From assembly GCA_020137815.1 (NCBI GenBank), contig CM035355.1:7626001-7690000 (forward strand): DNA of 64,000 nucleotides, read 5' to 3'. Position 1 is the first letter of the stretch. The number at the start of each line of letters is the position of its first letter. Made by a program: the position numbers and the translations under genes. Below are positions 42,886 to 55,100 of the stretch, in pieces. Origin of the DNA: Hormiphora californensis. Its lineage: Eukaryota; Animalia; Ctenophora. The notes under the pieces are model-generated. The model was not told the origin of the DNA and made no database searches. It worked only from the letters and a program-made list of their open reading frames with translations.

Positions 42886-45800
42886 CTCTCCTCTCTCTCT
42901 CCTCTCTCTCTTTCTACATACAGTATATGAAGTAAAAGAACAACGACTGTGGAAACAAACACATCCAGAGTTGTCACTTCCTAGTTCTGCAGCTGTGTAC
43001 GTGAAGGAGGTGTGCTGCATGTTGTGCAACTTAGCAACTTATATGGGAAAGAGGCATGGGAAAGAAAACTAAACTGCTCGTACCCTTTTTACCTTTTTAC
43101 CATGAATAAAAGGGTCTGAGCGAGCTGCAATCATTATGCCCTAATTTAGGAAAGCTATGGCATGGTAACATACTTAAAAGAGACATACAATTATCTCCCA
43201 GACCCCCTCTAAACTACTAGATCCCCTATCCTTCCCCTTTAAACTATTAGATCCCCTATCCTCCCCCTCTAAACTACTAGATCCCCCTATCATTCCCCTC
43301 TAACGTACCTCATAATCGATATTTTGTCTATTCAGGGCAGTGTTAGTGGTAAAGGTAGAATGGTCATGATGAGGAACCAACTTTCTTTGTCCGGCCTCGT
43401 GATATTTCACAACAAAACTCAAATAAGCCGATCCGTGGAATTTGTAGCCCTCGAAAACTCGCATCTGGATGGGTCCAACGTAGTCCCTGAGCACCTTTAG
43501 CCACTCTTGCTGTTAGAGGATGTTTATTGTTAAAACTTGACAAATTCGCATAAAATCAGTAAAATCAATACTTTTTAAAATCAATAAAATCATTGGCATA
43601 CGTTGCAGGCCCCTTATAATATAATATAAGGGGCCTGGAGGGAATACCGCGCTGGGGGGGAATACATAATCAATCATATCTCCGGTTTCAGATAAGGTAC
43701 AGAAATCGTTTTGGTAGCGTTGGAAAGAGGAAGATAACAGCTTTCAAATGCAACCGGTTTCAGGTCTCTATCTTATCAGGAACAGGAGATATGAACCAAA
43801 CTCCGCAAAATAGAGTGCGGTAAAATAAAAAATTCGAGATTTTAAACAAAGTTTTGAAACAAAGTGTCCCTGCAGGGATCTGTGACGTCATTTTTTGAAA
43901 ACAACCCATCTTTGAACGGTTATTGCTCAGCCTCCTGAAGTCCAATTAACTCCTCTCAAAAACAGCAAGGTAGATAATTGTCAGATCTAACAGCTAGTGA
44001 AAGAATCAAGTCAAACGGACTTCAGGGGCCAAAGTTATAAGCACCGCCGTTTTTTCGCTCGCAAAGTTATCTTCGACCCAGCCGGGCCCGTCCTGAGCTC
44101 AGGCCAAACGCGCGCGCGGCATTCCCTTCAGTCCCCTCGTTGCGGGGGTGCGCGCATGAGGGGGCTGCAGCGCATTCCAAATAAAATCAATACTTTTTTA
44201 ATCAGGTATATTGCACAGCTAATGTTTCTATTCGAATGGTTCAATCTCTCGTCACCTGTTGGTTACGAAGTCACCCCTTTTATTGCATATAATAACAGAG
44301 GGGTAATTTCATTACCAACTCACCTGGAAGTTAATCTGTGTAAAATGAACATCAACAGTAGGCACATTTTCATAGCCACCAGCTAACCGGTTATCATTGT
44401 TAACCCCCGATCCAGCAAATACATCCCCAGGAATAGATTCCAGCTCGTGGATGATGTGCCACGAGAACTTTTCTGTAAATAATTGGGGACTTGTTAGAGA
44501 TATATTAAATGACAAACTTGTTAGAGATATTGAATGAAAAATTGAATTGTTGGGGCGCCATGATTTAATCTGATCCTTTGTTTGGGGCAAGAAGTTTAAC
44601 TTACTAGACAGGAGGGGGAAATGGAAAACATCGGGACAAGGTTGAGGGAACTGGTGCCTCATTTTAGCAGCATATTTATCATAGCTGGGGTGGATATAAT
44701 TCAGCTTCCAGTCGACTGGGTTAATGAATATCTGCCAAAGATCGTTGTGGGTGTTCGCATCTGTGTAGTTCTCCATTCTCTGTCGGGTAGGGTGAGAGTT
44801 AGTGATTTTATAAAAGCGAGTTAATTGGAAGTGAACCCCCTGTTGGAGATCCTAGTTGGGAAATGAGAAAGATACCAAGCTACCAAACTTTTTCTACCTA
44901 TCATCATCACTTTATAGCTGACCAAAACTCAAGATGACCCCAACTTGGGTTTGGGTTAGATTGAAATTGATTGGGGCAAGATATGACTAACCTTGAGATG
45001 TCCATGGTACTTCAAATTGACAGTGTACATGAACACATTAGCGGCACGTGCATTAGCAGCAAAAGACACGTCGTGGTTACTGTCGTCATATTTCTCATGG
45101 TGGTACTTTACCGATCTGAGGAGAGATAGTATTAGGGATGAGGGATAAGGGGGTGGGAAGGATTATAGCTCTCTGACTAAATGTTGGAAACTATTTTGGG
45201 GGCAAATCCAAGGTTGCTGCCTCCACATGATACAATCCTCAAGAGTGCAGCACCATTATTAATAACCCAGTTTAATAATAACGTCTAACCCAGTTTATAG
45301 TACTAACCCAGATCGGACAACATCTCCTCGAATAGCAATGAGATTGTTAACAAAAGGCACGTTCCAAAGCCCCTTCCTCTCCCTCTTCACCAGCTCAAAG
45401 TAGTCAGGTGATCTCTTGTAGAAACCATCCTTGTTAACGTCACCCCAGAAATTACTCCAGTACTGAGGGGATAGATGTTGTACCCTTGATACCGCGCGGC
45501 CCAAAAAAAACTAAGGGTACGTCGGCCTTCTTTTCTCCTAGAAATTTAATTTCAATCACTCCGATATTTTGTCACAATATTTGTATGGTTACTCATTCGA
45601 GGAATCCGGAGTTTCAGCCCTCTGGATGAAAATTCATTTTTTTCGCCAGAATGAACATTTAATGAACGCCAAAACGGGACCATGTTTTGGTACCAAAGTT
45701 TTACAAATTTGTTTGGCTATCGATTTTCTTTCGAACGTGACCAGTTTGAGCTTAATTGGATCACCACAAGAATCACAGTGACCAGTTTACCTAGCCTAGG

Positions 45801-48800
45801 TTGGGTCATGTGATCCCCATCAAATTATGACGTGTTAGCAAGAGAACTTACATTCTAACGGACGCTGTATCGGTATACCGTCCTAATTAGCAGATGTGAT
45901 ACGTGATACGCGACCGTTAAACCTGCTTATTGGCACTTAGTAATGACGCTAGTGGTCCAATAGGGGTCACTTGGCCAGACCTAGTGTCGGAAAAGTGGCC
46001 ACTGTGTCTCTTGTGGTGGTCCAATTGAGCTAAAATTAGTCGCGTTTGAAAGGAAATCGTTACCCAAAGGCGACTGTGAAATTCCGGTTTGGAATACCTT
46101 TTTTGTTTTCAAGTTCATTTAGGATTCATTCCAGTCGTAAAAATGAATTTTTAGATAGAGAGCCGAAATTCTAGCTAACATCAATATCGATCAAGTGTAA
46201 TGGCCGTACGAATTTTTAGCGCCTGAATTTACCAATTTCTTGTCAAAACCGGTTAAAATCGATGTTTTGTAAAAATGACCGTTTTTTAATCATTTATTTC
46301 ACCAACTAAACTTGATTCATTTTTAATAAAAACTCGGATTGCCATTTATTATTGTTTACTCTAATGCATGGTTGCTATTTTTAAGAATAAAATCGAATTT
46401 AACCATGAGAAAACTTGGAAAAACCCGAAAAACGAGAAATTGGGTTCATTCATGAACTTCACACTTTTATGTTTTGAAACTCCGGATTCCTCGAATGAGT
46501 AACCATACAAATATTGTGACAAAATATCAGAGTGATCGAAATTAAACTTCTGGGAGAAAAGAAGGCCAACGTACCCTTAGTTTTTTTTGGGCCGCGCGGT
46601 AGATGTTGTACCCTTCAATTGTGAATAGGGAAATTCCAATTCTCCAACCTCCTTACCAAGTCCTTACACGGAAGAAAATATAGTTTTATTGATAAATAAT
46701 CTTCCAATAATACAATACCTGTCCGGGTTGTGTTAGTTGGGTAGTTATAATGCTCTCATTCCAATAAATCAGATCCTTCAGCACGGTCCTCTCAGTCAGT
46801 GAGATGACGCTATCCATAGCAAAGTACCAGTCACACCCCAGCTCCACACACTCCTTCATACCATCGTCATACATGTCCATGTTACCCTTCATTGATAGAG
46901 ACTACACGGGGAGGAAGGGAGAGGGAGTTAGCTTCATGTCCATGTTACCCTTCATTGAGAGAGACTAAACGGGGAGGAAGAGAGAGGGAGTTAGCTTCAT
47001 GTCCATGTTACCCTTCATTGAGAGAGACTAAACGGGGAGGAAGAGAGAGGGAGTTAGCTTCATGTCCATGTTACCCTTCATTGATAGAGACTAAACGGGG
47101 AGGAAGAGAGATGGAGTTAGCTACATGTCCATATTACCCTTCATTGAGAGAGACTACACGGGGAGGAGGAGAGAGGGAGTTAGCTAAATGTCCATGTTAC
47201 CCTTCATTGAGAGAGACTAAACGGGGAGGAAAAGAGAGGGAGTTAGCTACATGTCCATGTTACCCTTCATTGAGAGAGACTAAACGGGGAGGAAGAGAGA
47301 AGGAGTTAGTTACATGTCCATGTTACCCTTCATTGAGAGAGACTACACGGGGAGGAAGGGAGAGGGAGTTAGCTAAATGTCCATGTTACCCTTCATTGAT
47401 AGAGACTAAACGGGGAGGAAAAGAGAGGGAGTTAGCTACATGTCCATATTACCCTTCATTGAGAGAGACTAAACGGGGAGGAAGGGAGAGGGAGTTAGTT
47501 ACATGTCCATGTTACCCTTCATTGATAGAGACTAAACGGGGAGGAAAAGAGAGGGAGTTATCTACATGTCCATGTTACCCTTCATTGAGAGAGACTACAC
47601 GGGGAGGAAGAGAGAGGGAGTTAGCTACATGTCCATGTTATCCTTCATTGAGAGAGACTACACGGGGAGAAAAAGAGAGGGAGTTAGCTACATGTCCATG
47701 TTACCCTTCATTGATAGAGACTAAACGGGGAGGAAAAGAGTTAGCTACAACTAACTAGACCTGGAATAGCTCACTTTGTAGAAAATCCAAAGAAAACACT
47801 GCAAAGGTTCACACCCCAGCTAGGTGCACAGTTTCGATTTGTGCTGTGAGAGAATCTAGCTGCTGCAATACCTTTATGCTGTGAGATGTTTAGAGCTAGT
47901 AATACCTTTGGTTGGTAGATCTTCACACTGGCGAACTTCTGTTCATGTAATTGTAAACAAGTTCTGACAAGTGGCTGGCCAGAGTGTAAACAAGTTCTGA
48001 CAAGGGTCTGGCAGGGTGTAACAAGTTCGACAAGTGTCGGCAGAGGGTAACAAGTTCTGACAAGTGTCTGCAGGGGTGTAACAAGTTCTGACAAGTGTCT
48101 GGCAGAGGGTACAAGTTTGACAAGTGTCTGGCAGAGGTGGTAACAAGTCTGACAAGGTCTGGCAGGGGTGTAACAAGTTCTGACAAGTGTCTGGCAGGGG
48201 GTGTAACAAGTTCTGACAGTGTTGGCAGGGGTGTACAAGTTCGAAAAGTGTCTGGCAGGGGTGGAACAAGTTTCGACAAGGTCTGGCAGGGTTGTAACAA
48301 GTTCTGGACACGTGTCTGGCAGAGGTGTAAACAAGTTCGACAAGTGTCTGCAGGGGGTAAACCAGTTCTGACAAAGTGTCTGGCAGGGGTGTAAACAAGT
48401 TATGACAAGTGTCTGGAAGGGTGTACACAAGTCTGACAAGTGTCGGCAGGGGTGTAACAAGTTCTGACAAGTGTTGGCAGAGGTGGAACAAGTTCGACAA
48501 GTGTTGCAGAGTGTAACAAGTTATGACAAGTGTCTGGCCGGGGTGTAACAAGTCTGCACAAGTGTGGCCGGGGTTGTAAACAAGTTTGACAAGTGTCTGG
48601 CAGGGGGTAAAAGTTCTGAAAGTGTCTGGCAGAGGTGTAACAAGTTCTGACAAGGTCTGCCGAGGTGTAACAAGTCTGACAAAGTGTCTGGCAGGGGTGT
48701 ACCAGTTCTGCCAGTGTCTGGCGGGGTTGTAACAAGTTCTGACAAGTGTCTGCAGGGGTGTAACAAGTTTTTTTCTGACGTGTCTGGCAGGGGGTAAACA

Positions 48801-50617
48801 GTTCTGACAGTTGTCTGGCCAGAGGGTGTAACAAGTTATGACAGGGTCTGGCAGGGTGTAACAAGGTTCTGGACAAGTGTCTGGCAGAGGGTAAACAGTT
48901 CTGACAAGGTCTGGCAGGGGTGTACAAGTTATGACAAGGTCGGGCAGAGGGGTAACAAAGTTCTGACAAGGTCTGGCAGAGGTGTAACAATTCTGACAAG
49001 TGTCTTGGCAGAGGTTGTAATACAAGTTATGACAAGTGTCTGGCATGATTGTGATGTAAACAAGTTCTGACAGGTGAGGTAATCAGTCCTATTGGCAGGG
49101 GGTTGTAACAAGTTAGTGACAAGTGTCTGGCAGAGGTCGTCTGGAAGTTTGGCAATTGTGTTACTGACAAGTGTCTGGCAGAGGTTGTAACAAGTTTGGA
49201 CCAAGGTGCTGGCAAGGGTGTAACAAGTTCTGACAAGTTGTCTGCAGGGGTGTAAACAAGTTCGACAAGTGGTCTGGCAGAGGTTGAAACAAGTTCTGAC
49301 AAGTGTCTTGGCAGAGGTGTAACAAGTTCTGACAAGGATGTAACATTGGACAGGGGTTTGCCGGTGTAAAGACAAAGTATGACAGGCGAAAGGTGTAACA
49401 AGTTCTGACAAGTGTCTGGCAGTTTGGTTGTGAAACAAGTTCTGACAGTGTCTAAGGGCAGGGGGTGAACAAGTCTGACAAGTGTCTGGCCAGAGTGTAA
49501 CAAGTTCTGACAAGGTTCTGGCAGAGGTTGTATGACAATGGAAGGTATTCTGACAAGTGTCTGGCAGGGGTGACTAAAAGTTCTGGACAACGTTGCTGGC
49601 AGGTGGTGACAAGTTACTGACAAGGTCTGGCCCAGAGGTTTGTAACAAGTTTGGACAAGTGTCTGGCAGAGTGTAAAAAGTTCTGACAAGTGTCTGGCAG
49701 CGGCTGTAAAAAACAAGTTCTGACAAGGGTCGGGCAGAGGTGTCTGTTTCTTCATTGTTAATGACATGGTGGTTAACGAACTGCTGAACCAGATCTGCCT
49801 GACTGAACACTTTATTGTCAGATACGGTATCCGTACCTCTCTTGAGGTGTCGGACTGGGTATAGGTCGCATGCTTGCTGAGTAGTCCCAGGAAGGGTTCC
49901 TTTCTGAGAGAAGGGGATGGGGGTTAGAAGAGTTCTTTATTAGGGGAGAGGGGGGTGTTAGGGGAGTCCTTTCTGAGAGGAAGGAGGTAATGTTAAGTTG
50001 GGAGAATGTTTTCATTTTCTGAGAGGGAAGGATGATAATAATGGGAGAACAAAGGGTCCAAGTGTAGATATGATACGACAAACATGTCCCAACACATGTT
50101 ACTGGTACTTTTTTCGGGTTTACTCATCACAGCTTTTTATTTAGTTAACGTTTGGGCATTTGAGACGTTGTCTTGAGTTTGGTTTGGACTAAATAATTGG
50201 CGGACAACTGCAGCCAACTAAAATGTGCAGCAGCCTGGTGTAGGATTAAATCGATTTGTGGTCAATACCAATACGTAATCCTGCCCTTTCCAGGTCGATT
50301 CTGCCCTCTCCAGATTTCTACACCGTTCTACAGTTCTACACAGAAGCAAATACAAAACTACCGAACAATCGAACATACTTCCCTTCCCTCCAAGCGTTTC
50401 TAGAAAAGTGCGACTAGCAACTCTGTAACCTACCAGTAATGAACATGGTAGTAAGGATGAGAGGAGCAGTTTCCATCTCCGTCACATTCACCCTACCCTC
50501 CTTCTCCTTGCAAATCAGACAGTCACCATCAGCTCCCTCTGAGGGATCAAACACAGAGGGATAGTAGTTTCCAAAGCGGCTTAGGTCAATTTTAGTTGGA
50601 CCATTACCGTGGATAAC
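41789..50617 (-). CDS. PLOD: Procollagen-lysine 2-oxoglutarate 5-dioxygenase (lysyl hydroxylase), 3' two-thirds; exons include 50617-50434, ~49903-49750, 46901-46719, 45462-45308, 45115-44992, ~44780-44613, ~44472-44323, ~43510-43308, ~42301-42251, ~41893-41789
   Basis: [76 protein letters not shown]. Confidence 0.93.
45492..46599. mobile_element. 1.1-kb non-autonomous DNA transposon, TA TSD, ~125-bp TIR, in a PLOD intron
   Basis: TA|CCGCGCGGCCCAAAAAAAACTAAGGGTACG...CGTACCCTTAGTTTTTTTTGGGCCGCGCGG|TA. Confidence 0.88.
46902..47752 (-). repeat. 63-bp tandem array of a PLOD acceptor plus exon start (13 extra copies)
   Basis: Minus-strand unit CTAAC-polypyrimidine-TAG|TCTCTCTCAATGAAGGGTAACATGGACATG; ORF 46892..47758 shows a 21-aa period. 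Confidence 0.92.
47950..49745. repeat. 32-bp minisatellite, degenerate or noisy
   Basis: GTGTAACAAGTTCTGACAAGTGTCTGGCAGGG unit. Confidence 0.92.
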
Positions 50618-50822
50618 CTGGGAGACGGAGATTGAAATATTTAATTTGTTCAGATTCTTTCGAACATAAGAATTCATCACATGTGTTGTTATGTTCTAAC
50701 CCTCCTTTACATTTGTAAAGGGCGGGGCGTGCGCCGCGCGAAACAGAGTCTAGCTAGGCATGTGCTTGATCATTATTGTTCCAATCACATCGCTATGGGT
50801 AATTTTGGAACGTAACAAAATC

Positions 50823-51527
50823 CAAGTTCTGACAAGTGTCTGGCAGAGGTGAACAAGTTCTGAAAGTGTCTGGACAGAGGTTGTAAACAAAGTTCTGAAA
50901 AGTGTCTGGTAAGGGGTTAACATAGTTCTGACAAGGTCTGGCAGAGGTAACAAGTTCGAACAAGGTCTGGCAGAGGGTAAGTTCTGACAAGTGTCTGGCA
51001 GAGGCTTTGTGTAACAAGTTCTGACAAGTGTCTGGCAGGGGTGTAACAAGTTCTGACAAGTGTCTGGCAGGGGTGTAACAAGTTCTGACAAGTGTCTGGC
51101 AGAGGTGTAACAAGTTCTGACAAGTGTCTGGCAGAGGTGTAACAAGTTCTGACAAGTGTCTGGCAGGGGTGTAACAAGTTCTGACAAGTGTCTGGCAGAG
51201 GTGTAACAAGTTCTGACAAGTGTCTGGCAGGGGTGTAACAAGTTCTGACAAGTGTCTGGCAGAGGTGTAACAAGTTCTGACAAGTGTCTGGCAGGGGTGT
51301 AACAAGTTCTGACAAGTGTCTGGCAGGGGTGTAACAAGTTCTGACAAGTGTCTGGCAGGGGTGTAACAAGTTCTGACAAGTGTCTGGCAGGGGTGTAACA
51401 AGTTCTGACAAGTGTCTGGCAGGGGTGTAACAAGTTCTGACAAGTGTCTGGCAGGGGTGTAACAAGTTCTGACAAGTGTCTGGCAGAGGTGTAACAAGTT
51501 CTGACAAGTGTCTGGCAGGGGTGTCTG
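50823..51527. repeat. 32-bp minisatellite, homogeneous
   Basis: Same unit as 47950-49745. Confidence 0.95.
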
Positions 51528-52175
51528 GGTGTAAGCCAGAGACGTGCAGCAGTAGTGGCTAATGAAAATTAAGAGACAGTAGCATGTGAAGTAAAAATAG
51601 CGACATTCAAACATCACACAAACATCACAGACACAATGACATACAGACATACAGACAGACGTACAGACAGGATGTAATGAAAAATCGGACGATAGTAGTT
51701 TTGTTTGTGTGTGAATGAAGGCTATTTCTGTTTTCATGTGCGAGAGATACTGAACAAGTTTCACCAGCACATTCCCACATGTCTCGCTTATTACTAAAGT
51801 TCAGCACATGTGTTTCTTCTATGGAATCCATACATCCACACCACCACACAACAACTTAGACAGTGTCATACACAGTGTGCACAGTGTAAGAGAACTTGTA
51901 CACTTGGTGCAGTGTGTATAATTGTACATTGTATTGCACTTCCAAATACTTATCGTGCTTCAGACACTGTCCGTCTGTTATCCATCCAACTAACTGGTGA
52001 TGTCATCCCGTCCGGTAGTGTAGGGGTGACTGCCTCACCAAGTCAACTAATTGGTACCACTGTACTTCATCATCCAATTACGTGACTATAATTAAGTAGT
52101 AGTGTATTTAATTCCCCGGCCCAATTACATGACTACCATTAATTAGTATCATTAATTAGTGTATTCCCCGGCCAG

Positions 52176-55100
52176 GTCAGGGAGAGGCCGTCTACGAGAT
52201 AGGAGTAAAGGATAATGGTCAGTTAGCTGGGCTGTCCCGTAAAGAGATGGATGACAGTATTAAAACACTCAACGCAATGGCCACCCAGTAAGTGTTCCAA
52301 ACTGTATCTAATTCGTAGGTACTTGCCTAGCTAGACTGTGTTTCGGGCGCCCCGCCCCCGAAACACAAATGTAAAGGGAGGGTTAGAACATAACAAGTAA
52401 GTATGTGCATGCTGTATCTGGTGTTGGCACTGCTGAGAGTTGGTATAATAGGAGTTGTTCATGCAGCATATATTGTGAATTGTGATGTTGTGATGGTCAT
52501 AGATAATAATTCCAGAATGAGCCAGATGTTTAAACATTTCCCGGATAACCCGGATAAATTTATATAGACCCCGCCGGCTCAAATAGACGCACGGCGCGCT
52601 CAAACAATTTGCACTGGTCTATTGGGCCGTGCACTGCCGTGAGTTTGTGTCTCGATAGACGCACGCCCTCTGACAGATTTGTGTAAAGATCACAAAGAAT
52701 CACTGGAAACACGATAAAATGACATGACAACACAAGAGGGAGTGTGTGTACAACCAACTACGCTCTCTGTCTTGATTTGGCGCCCGCCAGTCTGTTGGCA
52801 ACTGTTCCTCTTGACCCACAATTAACGGTTATCTCTCTCAGCATTCCACCCTTTTGATTTGTTAAAACGATTGCTACGAGTGTGTAGGAATGTAGAGAGA
52901 CACTCTGTAGCTTAATTTCCAACTGTTTGACCCGTTTTGTGTGAGCTCTCTGTTTGAGCACCACGTAAATTGTGCTTGTTTTGCTTCTAGGTGCCCGCCA
53001 GCGGGGTCTATAGAACACAACTCCCTCCCTTGCGTGCAGATATACCTGTAAACCCCTCGCTGACGCTCGGGATTTACAGGGCTGTAATGCACGGTCCCTT
53101 CGGGACCCGTGCATTACAGCTCAATAGACGCACTGCTCTGCAGTGCGTCTATTGAATAGATGCCCGCGCGGGAGGGAGTTATGTACTATATATATCCATG
53201 TTTTCCGGGACTAGGGTAGACCGGGGTAATTTGGACGGTTTTGGCATTCAATTGGTATTTCAAGAGCCATTAATTTACTTAATCAATTAGTTAGCTACTC
53301 AATTTGTGCAACTGAACCTTTATCTTGAGCCTCAGAACAAATTTGAATCGAAAACATAACTTTTAGATAGCTAATTAACCTTGTTAATGAAGGTAAGTCG
53401 GAATATTTTTGATCGCGAGACACGGGGCAATTTGGACTAGTGGCTTCTAGACCAATCACAATGCGCGCATTCAATCACGTGACCGCGACACACCACATTG
53501 CCCCAGCTGTAAATCTGCGATGTAAATAAGACTGAGGTTGGGGCTATTTGGACAAACTTAGATTGTAGCCACAGTTTTTGAGATATCGATTTCAAACTTA
53601 TCAGTCATCTAGTAATTTAGTATCCCGTGCTATTCCTTTTTTCAAAATTAGTTAATTAAGTAGTAATTAGCCTAATTAACCAAAAAATTAAGTGTTCATC
53701 ATATCTATATCTATAGGGTGCATTTTCGAAAGCTCAGGATTAGCCTAGTCGATTAGAAAAAGATTTAATCTAATCCCAAATAGGATTTTTGAGAAAATCG
53801 ACATCAAAGATCAAAAAACCACAAATAAAGCTACGGTTTTCAAAGGAATGCTGTTTGTGTTTTCAGGTGCTTACAAGGCCAGAAATTACTATTATGGGGA
53901 TCCAGTCTAATTAATCATGTTAGTGGCCGATTCCCACTCAATGCAATTCCCTGGGGTTACTATAGCAACGGAGTTTGTTACCATAGTAACCGGCGAATTT
54001 GCATTAATGTACTATTTTCTTGCTCCAAATTCACCCATTACATCCGTATTATTAGACTATCGATTATTTAAACATGATTGTGAGTCACAATGAGACATCA
54101 GACTACCTTCAGTTACCAGCCAGTCAGGGGCTTTGGTTATCAAATGTATGCCTATTGCTCTAAGTTAGCCTGTAATTTATCCCTTTATTCAGTTATATCA
54201 GCTGCATATATGGATGATTATCATGATAAAACACTACTTTTGGTCATCAAAGCACCAGTCCTAGATATTCTGGAGCACCCTATGAAGTTGGTTTGTCGAA
54301 TGCCACACCATGGATTGACTTGTTACCTTGGCATCCAGAGAATTGGTTGTAAAATGCGCCTTTTTTCTATTTTTTTTTGGTCTATTTACTCAGTTTTAGC
54401 CATCTATATTGATTGAATAGGATAATTATGAAAGCAGGTTGTCTATGGTTACCATAGAAACGAGTATAATGGCGCCATGAGGCCAATTTGTTTTAACCAA
54501 TTTGCCCCATGGGGCAATTTGGTCTAGTCCAAATTGCCCCATGGGGCAATCTGGATTATGACCGAATTGCCCCCGATTTTTTCGTCCGAATTGCCCCAAA
54601 TTGTCCGAATTGCCCCGCTTCATTAAAATGCCAATTAGCTAATTAAATCGAAAGCTAATGTCATTTTGATGATGAAACTGAATAGAAAATTATCATATTG
54701 TGAAATTCTGACCCTTAATTTAAATAATTATCATAATTAAGTTTACCGAAATAAAGTTTAACTTTAAAGTCGTCATTTTTCGTTATTTCACACTAAACAC
54801 CACAATTTAAAAGTCCCATATAAATCACTAGTCCACATTGCCCCGTCCTGTGACCACATTGCCCCACCGTCCAAATTACCCCGGTCTACCCTATACATGT
54901 TGTTTTAACTCGTCGTTACCACTACCGACCAGCCCCCTAGCAACCACTAACAACTCCCTAGCAACCACTAACAACACCCCTCTCCCCAGAGCGGATGCGG
55001 AGTGTATAGTTCTGAAGGAGTTTAACATAAACGATGTCTCCTGTCTGGCAGATCAACCATCATCTGCCACATTGACTCCACCCCTCTCTACCGATGGGGC

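Noticed and set aside
46892-47758. 288-aa Cys/Arg-rich repeat ORF on the plus strand
   Set aside because: Antisense reading of the 63-bp PLOD acceptor array; open only because the unit is a multiple of three
47771-51770. Many long overlapping ORFs ([19 protein letters not shown]); superficial CRISPR-like periodicity
   Set aside because: Translations of a 32-bp minisatellite; no unique spacers, no cas genes, eukaryotic context
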